Shown: positions 1-6,938 of the stretch, one piece after another
Layout: every line of letters begins with the position of its first letter
Numbering within the stretch: the first letter of the stretch is position 1
Assembly (NCBI RefSeq): GCF_040683035.1
Contig: NZ_JBFBCF010000032.1
Location: 47,503 to 71,502 of the forward strand
Source: Streptosporangium sp. NPDC051022
GTDB taxonomy: Bacteria; Actinomycetota; Actinomycetes; Streptosporangiales; Streptosporangiaceae
DNA length: 24,000 nucleotides
Direction of reading: 5' to 3'
Position numbers and translations under genes: made by a program
The notes under the pieces: model-generated
Databases searched by the model: none
What the model was told of the DNA's origin: nothing
What the model saw: the letters and a program-made list of their open reading frames with translations, nothing else

Positions 1-157
1 ACAGCAGCCGCAGGAGTCCGGCGACCGTGCGCCAGGCGAAGATGACCAGCGTCACCATGGCAGGAGTACGGACCACGGCCGGGCGGAACACCACGGCGGT
101 GTCAGGAGTCGTGGAGACGAGACGCTGCGCCTCGTCGCCGGGCAGTTTCTTGAACAT
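1..157 (-). CDS. 5' end of a membrane-anchored protein running off the left edge (MFKKLPGDEAQRLVSTTPDTAVVFRPAVVRTPAMVTLVIFAWRTVAGLLRLL...). Possibly the start of the AICE transfer region.
   Basis: My own minus-strand translation gives ATG at 157-155 with AAGGAAGG (169-176) upstream as a Shine-Dalgarno. The frame stays open to base 1, and there is a hydrophobic helix (VTLVIFAW..). It is absent from the ORF track because it is open-ended. The function is positional inference only. Confidence 0.45.
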   Translation of the reverse strand, partial: MFKKLPGDEAQRLVSTTPDTAVVFRPAVVRTPAMVTLVIFAWRTVAGLLRLL

Positions 158-244
158 TAGGCTGAAGGCCTTCCTTGATGTGGAGTCTGGGGAGAACCGA
201 GGGGCCGCCGGGAGCTGCAACTTCCAGCGGCCCCGCTTACGTGA

Positions 245-577
245 TCAGGCCGGGTCGTCGTCCCGGTTGGGCGAGGGGGCGGGAACGATGGCTTGGACGG
301 CGTAGAGCCGCTCGCACTCGTCGCGGTACCGGATGGCGGCGGTGGCGATCTCGCGGGCCAGGCCCAGGTCGGCGGAGGTGACCGGGCCGCCGCCGGTGGT
401 GGAGATCGACAACTGTCCCTCGGCGCTGCCGAAGCACAGGTAGGGGCGGATTCCCTGGACGGTCATCGCCATGACCGACAGCTCAGCGGTGTGGAAGGAC
501 ACATCGAGCCGGGTGTCGCCGTCGTGGATGGAGGCGGTGACGTAGGTGTAAGGCCGGTAGTCGTTACGAGCGCTCAT
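245..577 (-). CDS. Hypothetical 110-aa protein, translationally coupled to the upstream Pra-like gene
   Basis: The ATG at 577-575 overlaps the upstream stop (TGA at 576-574, an ATGA overlap). An AAGGAGA Shine-Dalgarno lies about 7 nt upstream. No family was recognised. Confidence 0.6.
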   Translation of the reverse strand: MSARNDYRPYTYVTASIHDGDTRLDVSFHTAELSVMAMTVQGIRPYLCFGSAEGQLSISTTGGGPVTSADLGLAREIATAAIRYRDECERLYAVQAIVPAPSPNRDDDPA

Positions 578-1080
578 GCTGCGATCTCCTTGTCCTTGCT
601 GGTCGTGCTGGTCGTGCTGGTCGTGCTGGTCGTGCTGGTCGTGGTGGTCGTGGCGTCCTTGGCCGACGCCGAGGCGGTGTGCTTGGTGGAGGGGACGGCC
701 GCGGCGCGGGGAGCGCGCATCGCCCGCGCCCGCAGCGAGTAGGCGAGCCGTCCGGTGTCCTGGCCGACGTACGGGGTGACGCTCATGCCGTCGAACTCGA
801 CCGGCGTGAACGGCAGGCCCGGCAGCGGCGGCGGGGGAACGGGCTGGACCTCGGTGAGGATCTTGACGGTGACCGACTTCTGGGAGGCCTTGGCCTCGGG
901 GTCGGCGTCGACCACGGAGACCTGCCAGACCGGAAGGCCGGTGGTCTTGTCCTTGGCGTAGACGACCCGGGTGGCGGTCGAGGCGTCGAAGTCCTTGACC
1001 TGCTGCACTTCCCCGACCAGGTAGCAGCCGTGCGGGAAGACCTGATCGAAGCCGATCGCGATGGGGCCCTGGATGGCCAT
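574..1080 (-). CDS. Pra-like AICE activator (family annotated 'plasmid replication, integration and excision activator', SCO3933-like) with a Thr/Ser-repeat C-terminal tail
   Basis: ATG at 1080-1078 is preceded by AGGAGAAAG, so the track ORF start at 1161 is rejected. The pattern FPHG.YLVGEV..VKDF...VYAKDKTTGLPVWQVSVVDADPEA..SVTVKI..QPVPP..PF.PVEFDGMSVTPYV..RLAYSLRA matches that family from memory. It lies directly downstream of a GntR gene, as pra does with korSA in pSAM2. Confidence 0.65.
   Translation of the reverse strand: MAIQGPIAIGFDQVFPHGCYLVGEVQQVKDFDASTATRVVYAKDKTTGLPVWQVSVVDADPEAKASQKSVTVKILTEVQPVPPPPLPGLPFTPVEFDGMSVTPYVGQDTGRLAYSLRARAMRAPRAAAVPSTKHTASASAKDATTTTTSTTSTTSTTSTTSKDKEIAA
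598..651 (-). repeat. In-frame 9-bp tandem repeat (GCTGGTCGT x5 plus one variant) encoding TTT(TTS)5 in the Pra-like tail
   Basis: Read directly from the sequence: gctggtcgt is repeated head to tail. The translation gives ...ATTTTTSTTSTTSTTSTTSKDKE. Confidence 0.9.
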
Positions 1081-1106
1081 GACTCTTTCTCCTGTCGTAA
1101 TGTCGT

Positions 1107-1134
1107 TAACTCGTACTGTCGAGTTAGACAGTAC
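1107..1134. promoter_or_regulatory. Nested inverted repeats upstream of the Pra-like gene (TAACTCG-n6-CGAGTTA interleaved with GTACTGTC-n6-GACAGTAC). Candidate operator for the adjacent GntR repressor.
   Basis: Both palindromes are perfect by eye and lie 27-54 nt upstream of the Pra-like start. In pSAM2, KorSA represses pra at its promoter. Binding here is inferred. Confidence 0.4.
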
Positions 1135-1177
1135 CCAGACAACGACCACTCGACAACACAAGTTTCCGAGAGTCGGT

Positions 1178-1191
1178 GTGACTTAAGTCAC
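1178..1191. promoter_or_regulatory. Perfect 14-bp palindrome GTGACTTAAGTCAC abutting the GntR stop codon. Possibly a second operator.
   Basis: Read directly. It is AT-centred and not followed by a T-tract, so it looks more like an operator than a terminator. Confidence 0.35.
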
Positions 1192-1192
1192 A

Positions 1193-1930
1193 TCACAGCG
1201 CGTACGAGTCCTCAAGCTCATGCAGCGCACCGGGAAGCGCGATCTCGACCACCAGCGCCAGCCGCCCCGAGGCGTCGAACACCCGCGCCAGCACCCCCAG
1301 CACGGCCGCGGACTTGCCCAGCCCCAGTGCCTTGATCTCGTGCGGCAGGGGATGACGAGCGGCCAGGCGCTCCACCACCCGATCCAGTCGCAGCCCCTTC
1401 ACGCTGTGCAGGTGCTGACGAACGCTCACCGTCAGCGGCGCCTCGCGCCCCAGGTCCGTCCCTTCGGCCAGTTCGATCGGAGACCAGAACGTCACCAGCT
1501 CGCACGGCTCGTCGGCCTCGCTGAGCAGAACACGACGCATCGTGACCGGCGTGTGCTCGGGGAAGGAGAACATCGCGGCCACGTTGCTCGGCGCCGGCCG
1601 CGCTCCCGCCTCGATGACGGTTCCACCCTCGGAGGCTTCCAGGTGGTCCAGTACGGCGCGGCCCGGCCGGGAGGAATCCTCCATCGCGCCGGGCGGCGGG
1701 GTTTTCACATACGAGCCCCTGCCATGCTCGCGGTCGATGATCCCGCGCAGCTGCAACGTCTGAAGCGCCCGCACCACCGTGGGGCGGCTGACCGCGAACT
1801 CACGGATGAGCTGAGACTCCGAAGGCAACCGCGAACCAGGCGGATAGGTGCCGTCCGCGATCTTGTGCCGAATCGCCGTGACGATCTGGGCGTACTTCGG
1901 CGGGGCGTATTCCTCATCAGACAGGGACAT
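1193..1930 (-). CDS. GntR/HutC-family transcriptional regulator (winged HTH plus UTRA-like C-terminal domain), KorSA-like by position
   Basis: ATG at 1930, so the N-terminal extension of the track ORF is rejected. The N-terminus YAQIVTAIRHKIADGTYPPGSRLPSESQLIREFAVSRPTVVRALQTLQLRGIIDREHGRGSYV is a canonical GntR HTH, followed by a roughly 160-aa effector domain. Confidence 0.85.
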   Translation of the reverse strand: MSLSDEEYAPPKYAQIVTAIRHKIADGTYPPGSRLPSESQLIREFAVSRPTVVRALQTLQLRGIIDREHGRGSYVKTPPPGAMEDSSRPGRAVLDHLEASEGGTVIEAGARPAPSNVAAMFSFPEHTPVTMRRVLLSEADEPCELVTFWSPIELAEGTDLGREAPLTVSVRQHLHSVKGLRLDRVVERLAARHPLPHEIKALGLGKSAAVLGVLARVFDASGRLALVVEIALPGALHELEDSYAL

Positions 1931-2117
1931 GACAATAACCCAACTGCTCGACTTATCGTCAGCATAGGGCTGGTGGGGCGGCTTGCCTAGCCGATCTCCC
2001 CACATGAGCAAGAGTGCGGCGGTGAGTGCCGGTCTCAGGACTCCCTGCGCCAGTCCTTTCAACCGCGCCGGTAAGGCCCCCCTCCAGACGCCCCACCATC
2101 TCACCGCCGCACTCGTT

Positions 2118-2465
2118 CTAGGAGGCGGAACGCCAGGTCACGATCATGACCTCGTGCGGGATGCCGGTGATGATCGACGACTGATCGCCGAACTCGCACA
2201 GCACCCACACCGTCCACCTGTCGGCCACCACGGGGAAAGTGCGTCGCCACGCCTCACCCGTCTTGGTGACCCGTCCCCATGTCCACCCCGGCGACGGGGC
2301 CACCGGTTTGTCGCCCTCGGCCAGGACGGGCAGCATCTCGCCTGCCCATGGGGCCATCGCGGGGCCGTACGCGAAGGCGAGCCAGTCACCCGGCAGCAGT
2401 TCGCGGGCCTGCCGTACCTCAATGGGCTGCGCATCCACCAGAGGCTCCAACTCAACGCGGCCCAT
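2118..2465 (-). CDS. Hypothetical 115-aa protein
   Basis: Internal ATG at 2465 of track ORF 2118-2693. GC3 is very high in this frame from that ATG onward. It overlaps the upstream ORF by 14 nt. No family was recognised. Confidence 0.55.
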   Translation of the reverse strand: MGRVELEPLVDAQPIEVRQARELLPGDWLAFAYGPAMAPWAGEMLPVLAEGDKPVAPSPGWTWGRVTKTGEAWRRTFPVVADRWTVWVLCEFGDQSSIITGIPHEVMIVTWRSAS

Positions 2466-2790
2466 GATCGACCTGAGGAGAATCCGAACCCGGAGGACCG
2501 CTCTGCCGCCGGAGATCGAAGTAGCGGTGTATGACCCGCAGAGCAGCCCGTTCGAGCTCCACCGCCGACTGATAGGCGTAGACGGGGCGCCGGGTCGCGG
2601 GATTCCAGCCGACGCTCCACCAGAAGCGATCAGCGTTGCACCAGACGGCCAGACCGGCCCAGATCGACACCACCGCCAGGTCGTGATCGCCATTGATGTC
2701 GGCGGCGATCCCCTGGTGTGCCAGCGCGGCCCGTAGCGACTCGGCCACGTCCAACGCCGACACGCCTCCCATGCCCTGCAAGCCCCTCAT
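2452..2790 (-). CDS. Hypothetical 112-aa protein (alternative start at 2835)
   Basis: ATG at 2790 with GAAGGGCGAG upstream. GC3 is high. No family was recognised. Confidence 0.55.
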   Translation of the reverse strand: MRGLQGMGGVSALDVAESLRAALAHQGIAADINGDHDLAVVSIWAGLAVWCNADRFWWSVGWNPATRRPVYAYQSAVELERAALRVIHRYFDLRRQSGPPGSDSPQVDHGPR

Positions 2791-3113
2791 GGTCTCGCCC
2801 TTCGATCGACCTTCGGGACGCGCGAGCCCCAGCATGCCGAGCAGTCGCCCCTGACCCGGAGAGACGACTTGCCCTCGCCGGTTCCGGCCAGCAACCCGCG
2901 CCGGGGACTGATGTACTTCCAGCCCCGTCCTCCGCATGAACCGCAGCGCCCTGACATGTTCCGAGGATTTCCCGGTACCGCGTCACGTCTCGACCGCCTT
3001 CATGTGTCATCTGCGATCATGACGTTTCGCTTTGTCTCGTCTATGTCTCCTCTCGCTTCGTGTTCGTCGGTAACCTGCCCTTACGAGTCCCCTTCCGACT
3101 TAAGGCGTTGACC

Positions 3114-3986
3114 GTGGCTGACCAGCAGATCCTGTTGAAAACGCTTTTGCAGCAGCGCCACTGGCAGACGTATAAGACCTTCTGTAAGGAATACGACAAA
3201 GCCGCCAAGTCGGTGGATTCAACATTGCAGGGAAAATGGCCGAGCCGTGCCCAGCTCCACCGCTGGCTCTCCGGAGAGCTCAAAGGCCTGCCGTACTCCG
3301 ACCACTGCCGGGTCCTGGAGACGATGTTCCCCGGCCGGACCGCCGAAGAGCTGTTCTCCCCGAACGGGAGCCAGGTCCCGCCACCCAGGAGCGACGCCGA
3401 ACCGCCAAGGAACGCCGACCCCGCCGCCGAAGTCGGCCCCGCACCCCAGATGGCCGACGTGACGGCCGTGTTCAGCAGCCGTTCCGCGTTCGCCTCCGCC
3501 TACCCGCCCTCGGCCCTGTTCGACACCGCCAGAGAGATCAGCGCCGCCGGTCTGTCGCTCAACGTGCTCTGCCAGAGCTACCCCGACCACCGGCTCAAAA
3601 GGCTGTTGGAGAACGGCACCCGCATCCGATGCCTGTTCCTCGACCCCAAGGGCACGGCGATCCGCGCTCGTGAGGACGAGGAGGGCTACGAGGACGGCAC
3701 GCTCGTCACGCTGACCACGCTCAACATCAGCATGCTGACCCGCCTCAAGGCCCGGCTCGCCCCCGAGGCCGCCGACCTGCTCGAACTACGCGTCTACGAC
3801 GAGACGATCCGCTTCAACATCCTCATCGTGGACGGGGCCACCTGCGTGGTCCAGCCGTACCTCCCGCAGGCGCGCGGGGTCGACTCCCCTACGATCGTGA
3901 TCAACGACAACACCGCCGCCGACGGGCTGTTCCCCGTCTTCGACCAGGTGTTCACCTCGATGTGGGAGCGGAGCCGCCCCGTATGA
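3114..3986 (+). CDS. HTH-like N-terminal region plus DUF5919-like (PLD-like fold) C-terminal domain protein
   Basis: Track ORF 3060-3986. The likely start is GTG 3114 (AAGG 8 nt upstream) or TTG 3108. The N-terminus (..WPSRAQLHRWLSGELKGLPYSDHCRVLETMFPGRTAEELF) and C-terminus (IRCLFLDPKG..IRAREDEEG...LRVYDETIRFNILIVDG..CVVQPYLPQARGVDSPT) resemble, from memory, actinobacterial XRE-type proteins carrying DUF5919. Confidence 0.7.
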   Translation: MADQQILLKTLLQQRHWQTYKTFCKEYDKAAKSVDSTLQGKWPSRAQLHRWLSGELKGLPYSDHCRVLETMFPGRTAEELFSPNGSQVPPPRSDAEPPRNADPAAEVGPAPQMADVTAVFSSRSAFASAYPPSALFDTAREISAAGLSLNVLCQSYPDHRLKRLLENGTRIRCLFLDPKGTAIRAREDEEGYEDGTLVTLTTLNISMLTRLKARLAPEAADLLELRVYDETIRFNILIVDGATCVVQPYLPQARGVDSPTIVINDNTAADGLFPVFDQVFTSMWERSRPV

Positions 3987-4798
3987 CCATCGACACCCGC
4001 GCGTTCCTGCCGATCGCCGAACAGGCCGTCACCATCGCCGCCGACATCGTCAGGACTCGCCTTCCCGGAGTCGTCACCGCCAAAGGCGACCGCGACATGG
4101 CCACCGAGGTCGACTACGCCGTGGAGCACGCCGTACGCGACTTCCTCACCCGGGAGACACCGGAGATCGCCTTCCTGGGCGAGGAGGAGGGCGGGCCGGC
4201 CGGTGCCGGAAGCGGTCTGATGTGGGCGCTCGACCCGGTCGACGGAACCGCCAACTTCCTGCACGGCATCCCGCTGTGCGGCATCTCCCTCGGCCTGATC
4301 GACAAGGACATGCCCACCCTCGGCGTGATCGACCTGCCCTTCCTGGGCTCCCGCTACAGCGCTGCCGAAAGTCACGGAGCCCACCTCAACGGCCGACCCA
4401 TCCACCCCAGCCAGACCGGCGATCTCAGCGCCGCGATCGTGGCCATCGGCGACTACGCCGTGGGCAACGACGCCACCGCCAAGAACCGTCTGCGTCTGGC
4501 CCTCACCCACCAACTGGCCGCCCGCGTGCAGCGAGTCCGGATGCTCGGCTCAGCCGCGGTCGACCTCGCGTGGGTGGCCGAAGGCAAGATCGACGCCAAC
4601 ATCATGCTCAGCAACAAGCCATGGGACACCGCCGCAGGCGTCCTCATCGCCCGCGAAGCCGGGGCCACCGTCGTCGACCTGGACGGCACCCCGCACACCA
4701 TGAATGCCCGAGCCACCATCGCCGCCAGCCCCAAGATCCTCGCCGACCTCGTCGAGCTCATCGCCGAAGCGGACAAGGACGCCAGACGTAGCGAGTAA
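3983..4798 (+). CDS. Inositol monophosphatase (IMPase/SuhB/CysQ) superfamily phosphatase
   Basis: The ATG at 3983 overlaps the upstream TGA (3984-3986). Signature motifs are present: FLGEEEG, WALDPVDGTANFLHG and WDTAAGVLIAREAGA. Confidence 0.9.
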   Translation: MTIDTRAFLPIAEQAVTIAADIVRTRLPGVVTAKGDRDMATEVDYAVEHAVRDFLTRETPEIAFLGEEEGGPAGAGSGLMWALDPVDGTANFLHGIPLCGISLGLIDKDMPTLGVIDLPFLGSRYSAAESHGAHLNGRPIHPSQTGDLSAAIVAIGDYAVGNDATAKNRLRLALTHQLAARVQRVRMLGSAAVDLAWVAEGKIDANIMLSNKPWDTAAGVLIAREAGATVVDLDGTPHTMNARATIAASPKILADLVELIAEADKDARRSE

Positions 4799-5275
4799 CT
4801 TGCCGAATTGTTCTCATGGGTTGTCAAGCGGCGGCGCGGCGCGCCGCCGTACCCCCGGCCCTCCGCCCGCCCGCCGTCCGGGCGTGCGGCCTGGGGGCCG
4901 GTCCCGGACGGCGGCGGGACACCGGGCCGGGCACCGCACGCCGGCCTCGCCGTACAGACCGAACGCTCTGACCGGGGTTGCCACGCCGCCGTACAGATGC
5001 AGCCCTACGATCGCCACTGCATGGCCGATCACCGTAAATTGCTGGGGGCGATCGACGATCCGTGCTTCGTTCCTCAGCACGGCTCACCGAGTGGCGTTGT
5101 TGCGGTCCAGCTGCATGCCGAGGTATGAACCAGCAGGCGAGATGCTGGCCTCCATGATCCGAAAAGTGTGCGGAATAGTCTCCGAAGTAGATCGCCTGCC
5201 GCATGGCGGCACCGCAGGTCAAGGGTCATTGAGCGGTAGAACGGGCGACGCCCTGTAAAACCATCAAAGGAGGTT

Positions 5276-5914
5276 GTGGTGGCCGATCCCCTCGTTCCGT
5301 TCCGTTGGTTGGAAGCTTCGCCAGGAGTAGGAGACCGTGAGGATCTGCTTGGCGAGATTTTCTGCGTGTCCTTTTTTCGCGGGCTCGAACCTGCCGAGGT
5401 GCTGCACCGCTTCGGGACCGGACGCACAGGGCAGGAGATGACCTTCCATGAACTCCGTGTCAAGGTCTGGGAGTCGGCAGGGATCGGCAACGACTATGTC
5501 GGCGTCGTCCAGGTCGGCGAGTGGGGCGTGGCCGTCGAACCGGGGGGCTTCCAGGCGGTGCTGGCCAAGCCGTTAACCACGCTGTCTCGGGGATGCGAGG
5601 TGGCGGCCGTGGGACGGCACGATTATGCGGAGGACAGCTTCGTGTACGCGGTAGATGGCAAGATCGTCACCAGCTTTACGCCGCACCTGCCAGGCACTCG
5701 GTGGGGCAATGACCCGGACCGGATCAACGATCTCATGCACGAAACCGGCTTGCCTCCGGAGAAGTTGGATGAAGAGGCATGGGAGGCGACGTGGGATGAC
5801 ATGTACACCAACAGGATCTCGCGTGCGTTCTTGCTGGCGGCCAAGATCACTGGCGTGGTGTTCACTCCCAGCATCCTCGACGGGCCCCTACTCGTCGGCG
5901 CCATCAGTCAGTGA
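5276..5914 (+). CDS. DUF6461-like protein (immunity-protein-like orphan)
   Basis: GTG at 5276 or 5279, directly after AAAGGAGG (5266-5273). The N-terminal ..EIFCVSFFRGLEPAEVLHRFG.. resembles the DUF6461 family from memory. The protein is acidic and cytosolic. Confidence 0.7.
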   Translation: MVADPLVPFRWLEASPGVGDREDLLGEIFCVSFFRGLEPAEVLHRFGTGRTGQEMTFHELRVKVWESAGIGNDYVGVVQVGEWGVAVEPGGFQAVLAKPLTTLSRGCEVAAVGRHDYAEDSFVYAVDGKIVTSFTPHLPGTRWGNDPDRINDLMHETGLPPEKLDEEAWEATWDDMYTNRISRAFLLAAKITGVVFTPSILDGPLLVGAISQ

Positions 5915-6201
5915 TCACGAGGGTGGCGTGCACTGATGCCGCGGGTGGCTACCAGGTCTTCCCGGTTTACCGCCCAGCCGAGGTTCAAACCGCCGTCTGC
6001 AGGTGGAAGGCCCTCTCTCCCGAGAGATCCGCGGTTCTCGGGGGCGATCGTGGCTGGCTCTGCCTCGCGGGATATGTGCGGGATGATCTTCCCTGATAGG
6101 GGATGAGTGAGAGCCGCACCCCGAGGGCAGAGGCCTGATGAGGTCAGGAATGTCAGCTCGCTGTAAAACCGTCGAGGTTCAGGAACCCGACAGTAGGACC
6201 C

Positions 6202-6600
6202 ATGGTTTTCTTCTACCATGATCGAATGAGTGGCCGTCGAAGCGATAGGGAAGCAGCCGAGGGGAACTGGAGTTTCCTGCGGGAGGTTGTGCACCGCCTA
6301 GCTTCGCCCGCACACGAACAGCTCCAGTGGATCGGCTCCATGTGCATCGACGAACTGGTCCTCGATTTCGATGCTGTCTATCCCGCCTCGTGGCAGTCTC
6401 GTGAAGCCGGATGGATCTCCGAAGAACTCGCCGCCCTGCTCAGCGCCATTGACCAGAAGCTGATCGACCTCACCGAGCAAGGACCCTCGGCATGGACCGA
6501 GGAAGCCTTGCATTCCCATCCCGGATGGGAGGAACTCAGAGGACTCGCTCACCGTACGCTCGCCCTCATGTCGACCCAGCCTTGGTCTATCCCCTCTTGA
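6202..6600 (+). CDS. Hypothetical 132-aa acidic protein (alternative start at 6226)
   Basis: Track ORF in a region of lower GC than the flanks. No family was recognised. Its size and charge are immunity-like. Confidence 0.55.
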   Translation: MVFFYHDRMSGRRSDREAAEGNWSFLREVVHRLASPAHEQLQWIGSMCIDELVLDFDAVYPASWQSREAGWISEELAALLSAIDQKLIDLTEQGPSAWTEEALHSHPGWEELRGLAHRTLALMSTQPWSIPS

Positions 6601-6685
6601 TCGAGTCGTGCCACCCGCTCATCAGACGACCGAGGAAAGAGCGATGCTCACGGGGATGCGCAGACGGCATGGAGCGACTGGCCTA

Positions 6686-6703
6686 GTTGCAGTTCTAGTT
6701 GCA
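6686..6703 (+). repeat. Doubled motif GTTGCAGTTC-TA-GTTGCA, the start of a roughly 60-nt segment homologous to 10666-10730
   Basis: By-eye alignment: 6686-6745 and 10666-10730 share GTTGCAGTTCnnGTTGCA...CAG....TTCAG....GTTC.GG...CCAGC.G.G, roughly two thirds identical. Confidence 0.6.
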
Positions 6704-6788
6704 ATCCAGCCCCGTTCAGCCTCGTTCCGGAGGGACCAGCAGCGCCCGTTGGTCCAGGTTGAACCGATCGGAACGGGCAAGATCAGAG

Positions 6789-6844
6789 CTGCTAATGCGG
6801 TTTGGGTTCATCGCCCATCCGGGGTTCAAATCCCCGAGCCTCCG
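6789..6844 (+). mobile_element. 3' fragment of tRNA-Ser(GCU), from anticodon loop to discriminator with no 5' half. Putative att core (attR of the left element and attL of the decayed right element).
   Basis: The parts read as: CTGCTAA loop (anticodon GCT 6791-6793), 3' anticodon stem TGCGG, and a 19-nt class-II variable arm (TGGG-TTCATCG-CCCA). These are followed by the T arm CGGGG-TTCAAAT-CCCCG, the acceptor 3' strand AGCCTCC and G73. The upstream bases CAGAG cannot pair with TGCGG, and no D arm or GGAGGCT 5' strand is present. Confidence 0.6.
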
Positions 6845-6851
6845 CTGTGAG

Positions 6852-6900
6852 CAGGGGTTTCCTTCGAAAGGATCTTTCGGAGGGAGCCCCTGTTTTGCTG
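6852..6900 (+). terminator. Rho-independent terminator following the tRNA fragment
   Basis: An 18-bp stem (6852-6869 pairs with 6875-6892, including G-U pairs) has loop GGATC and is followed by TTTTGCTGTT. Confidence 0.8.
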
Positions 6901-6938
6901 TTCAGGGCTTACGTGAGCACAAGGCGAGTTTCACGGGC

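Larger units (their letters stand above)
1..6844. mobile_element. Right-hand portion of an integrated AICE (pSAM2-like backbone plus cargo) ending at a tRNA-Ser 3' fragment (putative attR). The int/xis/rep end and the intact tRNA would lie left of the window.
   Basis: The gene order GntR(KorSA-like), Pra-like, small ORF, membrane protein, all on the minus strand at 1-1930, is the pSAM2 regulatory/transfer arrangement. A tRNA 3' fragment lacking its 5' half sits at 6789-6844 and is followed by a native-looking terminator. Genes between them are small orphan or cargo-like. The left boundary is not visible. Confidence 0.5.

Noticed and set aside
679-1990. Plus-strand ORFs 679-1335 (218 aa) and 1220-1990 (256 aa)
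   Set aside because: They are antisense to the Pra-like and GntR genes, which have RBSs, family motifs and translational coupling.
2118-2790. Overlapping small gene pair as a toxin-antitoxin module
   Set aside because: Only the size and the 14-nt overlap suggest it. Neither protein shows a recognisable toxin or antitoxin (HTH/RHH/AbrB) motif, so they are left as hypothetical AICE genes.
6729-6844. Possible complete but oversized (116 nt) tRNA-like gene, since GGAGGGA at 6729 can pair 5 of 7 with AGCCTCC
   Set aside because: No D arm is present, the 5' strand of the anticodon stem is missing, and a 57-nt hairpin (AGCAGC/GCTGCT plus GCCCGTT/AACGGGC) sits where the D arm should be. A 3' tRNA-Ser fragment serving as an att core is the simpler reading.
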